27,806 nucleotides of DNA from Geosiphon pyriformis uo1 (lineage: Eukaryota; Fungi; Glomeromycota). Below, piece by piece: positions 1 to 11,065 of this stretch. Numbering within the stretch: position 1 is the stretch's first letter; the number at the start of each line of letters is the position of its first letter. Under the pieces are notes generated by a model that ran no database searches, was not told the origin of the DNA, and was given only the letters and a program-made list of their open reading frames with translations. The stretch spans positions 75,333-103,138 of the forward strand of contig JAAOMT010000236.1 of NCBI GenBank assembly GCA_016748015.1, given 5' to 3'. The position numbers and the translations under genes were made by a program.

Positions 1-253
1 TATATATTAATAAAATATTTATAAAATTTATTAAAATTAATTAAGTTGTTTAAAATATAAAAAAACAATATTTTAAGTAAATTACTAAAAAATTTTCAGA
101 AATTAACAAAAAATATAATATTATTACTATAAAATATTTACAATTAAAAAAAACTTCTTTCTTCTCTTTACCTAAAATTCTTCAAAAAGCACATTTTTGA
201 AAAATAAGTTTTTTGTTTTTTTTAATATTTTTTTACCTAATAATTCTTTTTTT

Positions 254-3101
254 ATGAAGTTAAAAGCTGTTTTAAGTGGCAACATATCAAAAAAAAAAGC
301 CCTCAAAAGTGCCTTTTATGGTCTTGCTGGTGGTTTTTTTTTACAGAAAAAGAAGATTGTTCTTGGTGTTATCAGAAGTTTTTGGTCTCTTTTTTTAAAT
401 GTTATTAATGTTAATTTGCTGTTAATTCACGTTCTCAAGAAATAGTTGGACCTCCAGTAACTGAATTTATCTTCAAATTATCTTCTATAATTTGAACTGC
501 TGGGCTTATAAATGGAATGGCCAATTTCTTGCCAGTTACTTTATGTAATTACATTGTAGTAAACATCAACTCTTTCCCAGGAATTGTTTGTCTGGAAGCT
601 TACTAAAAATGTGTAGTTATTTTGCTGTGAAAGTCAACTCTTCTACAAGAATTTCGTCTATAGACTATCCCAATAATTATGATAAAAAAAAAAAAGAAAA
701 TAAAAGAAATGTAAAAGAAATAGAATTTTATCAAAGGAAACGTTTTCTATCCAGGCCTGGAATCACTAACAGTTTATTGAAATTGGTAGCTAATTAATTT
801 CAAAACGTTAGTTGTGATGAGGGAATTTCAAGTGTAATAATTTAAGGATTTGGTTTTTGAATATTTAATTTTTATTTGAATATGTAAAAGGTAATTTGTT
901 TCAATTAAGATATCTAAAGTAGGATGCTATAATAAGATACTATGAGAAGATATAAGAAGATACATTTTCTTGAAGAGAGAAGCTCTTTTTTTATACAACT
1001 TGTTGTAATACTAGTATTTGAACTTGCACTTTTCTCTTTGCTACAATTTGGGTAAATTAAAGATATATATCGGCAAATTTACAAGTTATTTCACTGAACT
1101 ATTGATTATTTCGGCAATTTTTCATTAATTTTGGCGAATTTTGACTATGTTAAATGGTTCAAAGTATTGTGTAGTTTGATCATTTTAATTTCTAGAGTAC
1201 AAATTGGATTATTAATTGAGTAATGATATTTGATAATTTGGTTAAATAATAAGTAATAATTGAAATAATAATAATATATGCTAATTAATAATAGGAATTA
1301 TAAGAGTAATTTCGTGCTAATTAATAACTAAAATTCTACTGGTAACATTGGAAATATCAAATACTTTGATAATAAGAAGAATGTTTTTTTGATCAAATCT
1401 GAGTCTGATAATAATGTGTATTCTAATGTAGATAATTTGTCTAAAGATAATAAGAGAGTTGACATGTCTGGTGTTCTTAATAGATTTTTTCTAAGCTTGG
1501 CTATTACCACTTCTAAAGCAAAACATATCAATACTAATGCTGTTTTTGGTTTTCTTAACTTTGATGTGGATAATAATGATAAGGTTTTTTTCTTTCCTCA
1601 TCTCCTAATCTCTTTAGATAGAAAATAAATCGACCCTAAAATTGCTAAAACTTAGATAAAAGTTACTATTAAAAAGTTGTTTGCTTTGGACATCAATTTT
1701 TCAGCAATAGAAGACAAATTTGTAATGACAAACACTCAGAAAATCAGGAGAATTTTTTTAATTATTAATAGTTTTGAGAGGACCATTACCTCCTTAAAGT
1801 TTGAAGAGATTATTTGATTTACTTTTACTTTAGAACAAAGCATAAAGAAGGCTGTATCATTGGCCAGAAAAAAAAAGATTGCCATAAACAGCAATCTCAA
1901 AAGACAAAAAATTTATTCAAATTGGATCATAGTAATTAAAAAAATTCTTATAGATATACTGAAGAAAATAATCATTGTAGCTCTGTTTGAATTTGGTCAA
2001 GTAGTGTCAATCTAATTGCAACTTATTGGGCTGTAGCAAAAAGCTGTGGTAGAATTTACCAAATCAAATCAGACTGATTAGCTAGTAACTAGATAATTAT
2101 TTCTAATCAGAAAAAATTTAGTGCATGTTGCAAAAGCTGTGAAAGATTGTAATATTTAGATTTCAAGAGATTGGTTTAAAGTACTTTTGTTTACTTTGTC
2201 AGTAGAAACAATGGCTTATGATCTTAGGACTCTTTTGAATAGAACTGGTAGAAAAACATACATTATTAATTACTTGCTTAATACTGGCAACTGAGTTTGC
2301 TGTACTATAGTTGGTTTCAAATTGAAAGAAAATCTTGAATCTATCTTTCACACAGAGCCAATTTTGGGTGATATAAAACTTTTTTGAGTAAGAATAGATT
2401 TGGTTTGGTGTAAAAAGTATGAAAGATTTGGCCACTTAGTTTTAGAGTATAATACACTAGATACATCTATTTTTATACTTCCAAAAACATTTAAAAAGAC
2501 TGTTTTTGATGCAAATCACTTCTAATTAGCAAAATTATATGCTAAAAGGAATGTTCTTATCTTCTATTCTGTTGTTTTTAATGACAAGTTATGAGTTTAA
2601 GTAATTTTGATAACATTTTTTTTTTATAGTTTGTTTGCTGGTTCTGATTTTCTTCTTTTTGGTGCCTTGAATTTGGGTGGTAATTTTTCTCCTATTTTAA
2701 CTGATAACTTATCCTTAGATGTTTGTTTGGCCTCTTTAAAATGTTTTTTAGAGCTCTTGACTAATCAGATTTCTAACATAATACACAAACTCAGCAACAT
2801 AAAATTGGTGCCTTTGGTTCCTCTTTTTTTCTCTTATGACTTGGTTACCCTAATGACTGCTGATTTGAATTTGGGTTTGAATATGATTTTGAATAGTCCT
2901 AAGTTGATGTTTTTATTTTTTTCTCTTGGTTTTTCTGATGTTTTAGCTTTGGGTTCGAATAATTTAAAAGTTTTGACTACCAAAGTGGGCTGTTTGGAGT
3001 TAAAATTGATGGCTCTTAAGGTTTTTGTTGGTTCAGTTCTGACAAAGTTAGATTAATTGTGTATTGGCTTGGTTTTTTTTAAGAACTTTTTATCTCAATA
3101 A
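254..3101 (+). pseudogene. LINE ORF1 (RRM-like domain plus degenerate CCHC knuckle), split by a solo LTR and many stops
   Basis: RRM-like VIKKILID..EFGQVVSI.LQLIGL.QKAVVEF (~1930-2060). Decayed knuckle CKKYERFGHLVLEY (~2408-2450). Collinear with copy 2 (8147-9278). The frame ends SQ* at 3099-3101. Confidence 0.8.
367..1347 (-). mobile_element. Solo LTR of Gypsy family A (981 bp)
   Basis: Termini TGTTATCAG...CTGGTAACA. TTGG is duplicated at 363-366 and 1348-1351. Homologous to 9279-10261 and, inverted, to 18105-19076. Confidence 0.95.
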
Positions 3102-6100
3102 CTGATTTGGTTTAAAAGTTTGCTATGTGCAATGTTTAGGATCTTAACATTTCTGCCAAACAGAAAGACATTGTTTGTTAACATAAAGAATCAGAAAACA
3201 TAATTTCAAATATTACAAAAATAAAATTAAGATCTGATATTAGACCATAGATTATAAACAAGTTTAATGAGATAAAAATTTTTTTGTCTGGCTTAAACAA
3301 AAGGTTTTTTAGTGCTGAAGTGACAATTATTATAAACAATTCTCTTGCATATCATGTTTTTAAGATTGAGAAAGTCTCTGGTTATCTTGTTTTAGTTTGG
3401 CTTCTCTTTAAAGGCAAGCTTTTGGTTGCAATTTTGAATTTATATGCTGGTGCTTCTGCTAAGGCTAAGTTTGATCAGGCTTTAGAAGTCAACTTTTTTA
3501 TTGCTAAAACTGTTAACTCTAATACTTTTGCAGTTTTAGGTGGAGATTTCAATAAAAATAGATCTAAGAAAAGTGTAAATTTTAAGTTTTGCTTGAATTT
3601 GAGTTTGATTAATTTTTTTAATAAATATTTATTGGTCAAAGCTTCTATTTGGAGCAATTTAAAAAGTGCTGAGAAGATCATTAATTATATTTTCATAAAT
3701 AAAAGTTTGTTGTCTGTAATAACTGGTCATATAATTAATTCTGTTTCTGATTTCTTTAATACAGATTACAAAGCTGTTTTGGTCTTAGTTGGTCTGAGTG
3801 GTCTTTTAGATACTTATCTTAACAGCAATTGTAAATAGACTAATAGAAATAAATGGAAGTTTAAGATTAAGAATGCTAATACTAATAAATAGTCATGTTT
3901 TAGAATGTGTTTATTGAGCAAATTCTTGAAAAAATTGGCTAATTTTAATAGTATAAGGAATAATAAAGATTTGAACACTATATAAAAGATTTTAAAAAAT
4001 ATGGTAATTGGTTCTGCTGATAAAGTGTTTTCTAGATTTTGGTTTAGTGAGTTTAAATGTTCAAAAAATAAGCAATTGTTAAGATTTTTTAAACTTGAGT
4101 TATTGGTGGCCAAGTTAGCAAAGAGTTTGAGTTTGATTCAGAATTCTGATGCTAATCATTTTATTAATACATAATCTACTATTAATAATGAAAAGACTTT
4201 TAAGTTATGCATTATGATTAATAATAATAAGAGTTTAGAGATAATTTAATATTACTTGTTAAAGATCTAGAAAAAGTATCATAAGTCCAAGTATTATGAA
4301 TCTAGAATTGCCAAGAATGTTTTAATTAGAAAAACAATTAACAAATACATAGAAAATTTTTGCTTTGATAAAAACTGAATGATTAAAAATGTTTTGAAGT
4401 GGTTATTTCAAAAAGTGGTCCTTAACCATCTGATAGTAGATAATAATTTAATTCTGGTGTCTAATAAAGTTAAGTTCACAATTAACAGTATTATGAAAGG
4501 ATGGACAAAAAAGCACATGATTCTTAATATTTTGTCTGCTCAATAATTTAACCAATATGCCTTTTTAAATTATGTTAATAATAATACATTTTTAGATATT
4601 ATGTGTAGTATTGAGTTTGATAAGTTTTTTTAGATGATTAAGAAATTGTCTAATAGGAAAGCTGCTGGCTTGTTTAGTATTTCTAATAAGCTTTGAAAGC
4701 ATAGTAATATACAGATTCTGGGTGGTTTATTAAATATTCTTAATGTATATTTAGTAGGAAATGTAGTATTTATATATTAGAAACATGCCTGAGTTTCTAT
4801 AATACTGAAGTCATATGACTAAAAAAAATTTTTACTAATACCAGACTAATAGTATTAATTAAAACAGTCTGAAAAATTTTATCTAAGATTCTATTGGACA
4901 AAATTTCTTTGGCTTATAGTAAGTTTGATCTTTTGTATAATAATAATAATTTCTCAGTTCTGAAGAATATATTTACATAAATTCTGATTTTTGTTATTGG
5001 TTTAATTATTAAGGATGTATTAGAAAAAAATAGAAAGCTATGACTGGTTTTTTAGAACATAAAAAAAGCATATAATTCTATTAAATAGTTTCACTTGTAA
5101 AACAGTTTGATTAGGATTAAAATGTATTTCTATTTTATTGAGTTTTTTGGAAGTATATACAATAATCAAATCAATCAGATAATAATAAATTTTGGGCTTA
5201 CAAATAATTATGTTGTTTATGATGATCTGAATCAAAGAAAGATGTTTTTATTACTATTGTAGAAGATTTTTTATGATTCTTTACTTTGCAAAATTAAGAA
5301 AAATAATAGATTATATAGATACAAATTGAATTTTAGGTTTTTTATAAAATCTGACAAGCAGAATCTCAAAGGTGGCAAGACATCTTTTCTGGCAGCTGGG
5401 GCTTTTATAGATAATACAATTTGGATTAGGAATAGTATGTTTACTACTCAAAACATTTTAAACATAGCAAATAAATTTTTTCAGATCAATAATATTTTGA
5501 TTAATACAAACAAAACAGTTGTCATACCCATTAATTAAAAAGTAGAAAACTTTCAACTATTAGTTAGTAAATTCAATATTTTGATCACAAAGAAAAATAA
5601 ATTTTATAGATACTTGGGCATTTTTTTGTTTATGAATGGTCTCTTTAAACCTAGTATTGCTAAAGCTTATTCAAATGTTAAGTTTTTTACAAATCTGGTT
5701 TTAAAGAAAACTGTATTAATTAAGCAATTTTTGTACCTAGTGTTTGTAATATTTCAGCTTATTATTAGTTATAGAGTACAGTTTAGTTATATTTTAATAA
5801 GTGTATATGAAAAATAAGACAGATTGTTTAAAAATGAGCTAAAGCTCAAAACCAACCTATCTAAAGATATTTCAAATAAAGCCATCTCTTATCCTAAGTT
5901 GTATGATCTCAAATTTTTTGGGCAAATATAAGTTAAATATTTACTAATTAGTTTGATTAATTTCACCAACTTGGGGGATATTCTTGGTAATTTGTTTGAA
6001 AACAAGGCCATAAATCTGTAAGCTGTTAGCTGAATGTCTTAGCAGCTCTTAAGCTTTCTGATCAAATTGTCAATTAATTTCATTAATTGCTTTCTGGTCA

Positions 6101-7480
6101 ACATAACTAACACATTGACATTATATGAGTTATCTTTAATCAATAATATACTTAATGTTTTTTGGACTGGTAGTAGTGTTTTTGTTGCAAATATTTTAGA
6201 TATAGACTGGTACTTAGATGTAATAAGCTTACTAAAAAGATTTGGCATTGTTTTTATGAATTAATTGTTGGATTATTATAATATGTGTTTTACATAAAAC
6301 ACATTTTACAGATAGAAAAGATTGAATTTTAGGGACCATGTTTCTGATTGATTTATTTTATTGGTCTCATTTATTAAGNNNNNNNNNNNNNNNNNNNNNN
6401 NNNNNNNNNNNNNNNNNNNNNNNNNNNNNNNNNNNNNNNNNNNNNNNNNNNNNNNNNNNNNNNNNNNNNNNNNNNNNNNNNTACTATTGCTTTTAAAAAC
6501 TTGTTAATTTGTTAGAAAAAAGTCAAAAAACATTCTGGAATTGTTGATAATGAGTGTGCTGACTTTTTTGCTAGTGCTGCCACTAAGTTTAAGTTTGTGT
6601 TGTCTGTTAAAATACTGCATTGCTTTCTTGCTATTAAAAACAAATCTGTTTCTAAAAATATTTGTTACTTTGTAAGACATTTGTTTAAGACTGTTGGTTT
6701 TGTTGATTGAGAATTCAAGTATGCAAGTAATATTGTAAATGTAAATTTTGGTAAATTACTGAATATGTATTAGACTTTTTACATTTAACAACCTGATAGT
6801 AGAATTTATTCTGGTTTCTTAAGCTCTGCCTTTGCAATACTAAGATCTTATTTTATAAAGACTCTATATCATTGACTGCTTACAGCCAAGAAAAAAAGAC
6901 TATATAGTTTGAGCTATCTTAGCATATTGTGTATTTGGTGTGAATTAATTGAGAATTCTGATTATATATTTTGTATATACAAAACACTAATGTCAGAAAA
7001 AAATTAATTTCTAATATGATTAGAGCTTGAACAAATTTGCTGGACATTGATAATGCTGGCTGTACAGTGATTTGATCATTGTATAAGGCTGAATTTTTTG
7101 GTTGCTTGTATATGGCTTTGGCCAAAAGTTTTATAATGAAAGAATGAGTAATTAATATAGTAAGTTTGTTAGGTTTTGAGTCTAATAGAAGTTTAATAGT
7201 CATCAATTTGGTCTGAAATTTTACTAAAGATTATAAATTTGCTATCTGGATGCTAACTACCAAATTAAAAGTACATTACAAGAAACAGAGTTTTTTATTA
7301 AGAAATAGATCCATGATTCCAGTTGTTTCTAGTTTGGTATCTTTGTGGTCTCATAAGATGATTTGTAATTTTGGCATCAAGTTAAATACTTATGTTTGTT
7401 TTGGTTTGTATTCTGGTTTGGCAAATATGTATTTTAGTTTTTTGCATAATTTCTCTATAATAAATAGTTTAAGTGTATAA
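3098..7480 (+). pseudogene. LINE ORF2: APE endonuclease, reverse transcriptase, RNase H, C-terminal Zn finger
   Basis: Endonuclease motifs CNV.DLN (~3128), LGGDFN (~3536-3553), INYIF and TDYKAV. RT motifs KAAGLFSI (~4658), AFIDNTIW (5401-5424, decayed FVDD) and YRYLG. RNase H motif KVKKHSGIVDNECAD (6519-6563). C-x2-C remnant CIWCELIENSD (~6928-6962). Confidence 0.9.
6379..6481. other. Assembly gap (103 N)
   Basis: Run of n. The N-terminal half of the LINE RNase H is absent, so the true gap is probably longer. Confidence 0.99.
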
Positions 7481-7615
7481 TGTTATTTTAATTGGCTTAA
7501 GTGACTAGTCATGTATAAAAAAAGCATAAATCATATTTAATTTAGAATTTTGTTTGATTTTATGTACTTCGATAGTGATTGGGCTAAATTTGTAAAACTT
7601 TAATAATAAAAAAAT

Positions 7616-8022
7616 TACTATTTAAAAAAAATATAAAAAATTTTTTTTATTTAATATATAATATAAATTATTCAATTATATGTTAAAAATAGTAAATAAC
7701 TTAAACTAAAAATTTTAAAAATATTAAAAATATAAAAATATTAAAAAATAATAATAATAATTTAAAAAAAATATAAAAATAATTAAAAATATTAAAAAAA
7801 ATATTAAAATATTTAATTTTTTTTGTTAAAATAAATATATTAATTAAAATTATTAAATATATAAATTTAATTTATTAAATTACTTATTTATTTTTAATAT
7901 TTTGTTTAATAAAAGCAATTAATATTTAAAAAATCTAATATATTAAAACAATAGTTTTTAATTATGATTATTAATAAAATACAAAAAATCATCAAATTTT
8001 GTTAAATTTTTTCTTTAAAATC
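7616..8022. repeat. Extremely AT-rich low-complexity tract between the two LINE copies
   Basis: Only a handful of G/C per 60-nt line, with imperfect AAAATATTAAAAA units. A similar tract lies at 1-143, upstream of copy 1. Confidence 0.8.
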
Positions 8023-9278
8023 TTAAAAAAACTTCTTTCTCTCTTATATCCACAAATTCTCAAAAAGCACTTTTCTAAAAAAGAAGTTTTTTTTATTTTT
8101 TTCTTGTTAGTATCTCACAATTTCTATTTTTAATAATCTCTTTTTCGTGAACTTAAAGACTGCTTCTAGTAGCAACATGTCTAAAAAGAAGACATTGAAG
8201 GATGTTTTTTATGGTCTTGCAGGTGGCTTCTTCTCATAGAAAAAAAAAGTTGCACTTGGGAATATCAAACACTTAAGTGACAAAAAAAATATCTCTCTGA
8301 ACAAGTCTGAGCTTGGTGACAATGTGTTTTCTAATGTGGATAGTCTGTTTAATAATGAAAAAGGTGCTAATATGACTGGTATTAATGTTGAGTTTCTTTT
8401 GGATTTGGCTGTCAACACTTTTAAATTAAAACATGTCAATACTAGTGCCATTTTTGGTTCTCTTAATTTTGTTATGGATGATGATGAAAAAGTTTTTTTT
8501 TTTCTTACCTTCTAATTTTCCTAAATAAAAAATGGATTGACCCAAAAATTATTAAGACTCAGATGAACTTTGCTGTTAAAAAATCATTTGCTTTGAACAT
8601 CAATCTTTTAGCAATGGAAGACAATTTAGCAACAATAAAAACTCAAATCATCAGAAAATTATTTTCATTAATCAATGGTTTTGGGGGGACCACTACCCTC
8701 TTAAAATTTGAGAAAATTATTAGATCTACCTTTACTTTAAAAAAAAGCATGAAAATGGCTATGTTATTGGCCAGAGAGAAAGGAATCAATGTAAACAGTG
8801 ATCTTAAAAGACAAAAAATGAGGTCAGATTGAGCTGTAGTAATCAAGAAAATTCCCATAAATACATCTAAGAATATAATTATTGTCATAGTATCCGAATT
8901 TGGAGAAATTAAGTCAATCAAAATTTAATTAATTGGGATGTGGCAAAAGGCTGTGGTGAAATTTGCTGAATTGGACTAAGCTAATGTGTTGGTCTCTAAG
9001 TGGTCATTCCTAATTGGTAAAGATTCTGTGTGTGTAGCCAAAGCAGTGAGAGATCATGAAATTTGGGCATCTAAAGATTGGCTCAGAGCACTTTTGTTTA
9101 CTTTGCCAGTAGAAACAATGGTACATAATCTTGGGACTCTTTTGAAAAGAGCTGGTGGGAAAACTTGCATCATAAACAAATCTATAGAAACTGGTAATAG
9201 AATTCGCTGTGCTGTGGTTGGTTTTGATTTTAATAATGATCTGGAATCTGCTTTTTGCATGGAACCAATTCTTGGTGG
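8023..9278 (+). mobile_element. LINE copy 2 (5' UTR and first half of ORF1), truncated by Gypsy A1 insertion
   Basis: Aligns with 144-366 plus 1352-2370. MSKKK start at 8177; WQKAVVEFAE motif. Homology stops at ...EPILGG, immediately before the LTR TG at 9279. Confidence 0.92.
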
Positions 9279-10261
9279 TGTTACTGAAGGTTTTTGGTCT
9301 CTTTTTTTAATAGTTGTTGATGCTTGTTTGCTGTAAATTCACGTTTTTTGGATGTAGTTGAACCTCCAGTAACTGAATTTATCTTCAAATTATAGGAGAT
9401 AATTTAAACTGCTGGGCTTATGAGTGGAATGGCCAATTCCATGCCAGTTACTTTATGTAGTTACGTTGTAGTAAACATCAACTCTTTCCCAGGAATTGCT
9501 TGTCTGGAAGCTTACAAAAAAATATAGTTACTTTGTTGTGAAAGTTAACTTTTTTACAGGAATCTTGTCTGTAGGCTACCCTAATAATTATAGTAAGAAA
9601 ATAAAAGAAAATAAAAGAAATGTAAAAGAAATAGAATTCTGTCAAGGGAAATGTTTTTTATCTAGGCCTGGAGTCACTAACAGTTTTACTGAAATTGGTA
9701 GCTAATTAATTTCAAAACGTTAGTTGGGTTTTTTTTTGGGATTTTCAGGTGCAATAATTAAGAAAGTTGACTTTTTGAATTATTTGATTTTTATTTCGTT
9801 TTTGTGAGAACAATTCTAATTAATAAGTCTCAAGTAAAATATCTAAAGATAAGAGATACATTTTCTTGAAGAAAGAGGCTCTTTTTTTATACAACTTGTT
9901 ATAATACTAGTCTATAAACTTGAACTATTTTCTTTACTATGGTTTTGACAAACTAAAGATATCTTTTGGTGAACTTACAAGTTATTTCTATAAATTATTG
10001 AATATTTTGGTGAACTATTAATTATTTCGGCGAATTTCTACAAATTTTGGCAAATTCTTAAATGTTAAATGATTTGGGGTATTGTGTAATTTGATCATTT
10101 TACTTTCTATAATACAAATCAAGTTATTAATTAATTGATAATATTCGATAATTTGATTAAATAATAAGTGATAATTTAAACAATAATATATGCTAATTTA
10201 ATGGTAGAAATTATAAGAGTAATATTATGTTAATTAATATCTCAAGTTTCAGTTGGTAACA
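9279..10261 (-). repeat. 3' LTR of A1 (983 bp)
   Basis: Termini TGTTAC...GTAACA; homologous to 367-1347; PPT adjacent. Confidence 0.95.
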
Positions 10262-10264
10262 TAA

Positions 10265-10274
10265 TCTCCTCTTT
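10265..10274 (-). promoter_or_regulatory. Polypurine tract of A1
   Basis: Minus strand reads AAAGAGGAGA-TTA-TGTTAC at the LTR boundary. Confidence 0.85.
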
Positions 10275-10946
10275 AAGACTGAGCTCCATCGAAGTCCAAG
10301 TACTGTCTGCACATTCCAGATAGTAATCCAAAATTACTGAAAAAATTTGGTCTGAAAATTGTTGAAATTTTAGTTCTGTGAGTTTCCCAATGTATTGGAT
10401 CTTCAGTTGTAAACTTGGGTTTTGTAGGACATTTTCACAGATGTAAAATAGATCATAAAGTCTAAAAGCTGCTCTAAGTTTGTAGCAACTGTTTGTCAGT
10501 TCAGCTGTTGTCTTAAATTCGTTGTAGAGTTGTTTCTGAATGGCTTTTTTTGTGAAGTTGGCTGTTGTGAGTTCTAGTTTTTGTTCATGCAGTGTTTTTC
10601 CAATGTGAAAATATCTATAGATTAGAGAGTATTCATTGTTTTCTTTATTAAAACACTGTTGAAGTTTTTGTTAAATTGTAGCATTTGGTGGAATGTCAAT
10701 AGGTGGGAGCAACAAATTTTTTTTCAAGACAAGCTTCAAAAGTTCTGGTAGATAAATTCCAGAATAATTTCTAGTGTTCTTTTTATAAGGATAATAATTT
10801 CGTGATTTTGAGAATAAGGTTGTGGCTGTTTCTGTTTGAATATAATTAATATGTTTTCTTGTAATTGTAATAGATAATTCAGGTATTGTTTTTAAAGCTA
10901 ATATTAGTTTTTGGGATAATTGTTGAATGTTTTGTGGAATAGTCAT
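10273..10946 (-). pseudogene. Accessory ORF3 of A1, ~224 codons, unknown function
   Basis: ATG at 10946. Only one internal TAA (10671-10673, probably from CAA), then open: ...YRYFHIGKTL...AIQKQLYNEFK...YKLRAAFRLYDLF...IGKLTELKFQQFSDQI. The LDFDGAQS* tail is reached after a 1-nt shift near 10300-10320. Confidence 0.75.
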
Positions 10947-11065
10947 TATAATGATTTTTAAGAAACTAAAAATTTTCCTAAGTGAAATTATTTTTGAATA
11001 TGTGGATTTTTATGTTATTTTTGTAGGATTGTTTCTGAATTTTTATAGGAGAATAACTGTAGTAA

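Larger units (their letters stand above)
144..7615 (+). mobile_element. Degenerate non-LTR retrotransposon (APE-type LINE with RNase H), copy 1, near full length
   Basis: The 5' UTR matches 8023 onward (TTAAAAAAACTTCTTTC...CAAAAAGCAC). ORF1 and ORF2 remnants are in the canonical order, and an A-rich tail lies near 7600-7640. Ends are approximate. Confidence 0.9.

Noticed and set aside
588-797. ~70-aa ORF recurring at 588-797, 9496-9705 and 18608-18832
   Set aside because: It is antisense within three copies of the same LTR, start codons are inconsistent, and the K/E/N run merely mirrors a T-rich tract. DNA homology explains the recurrence.
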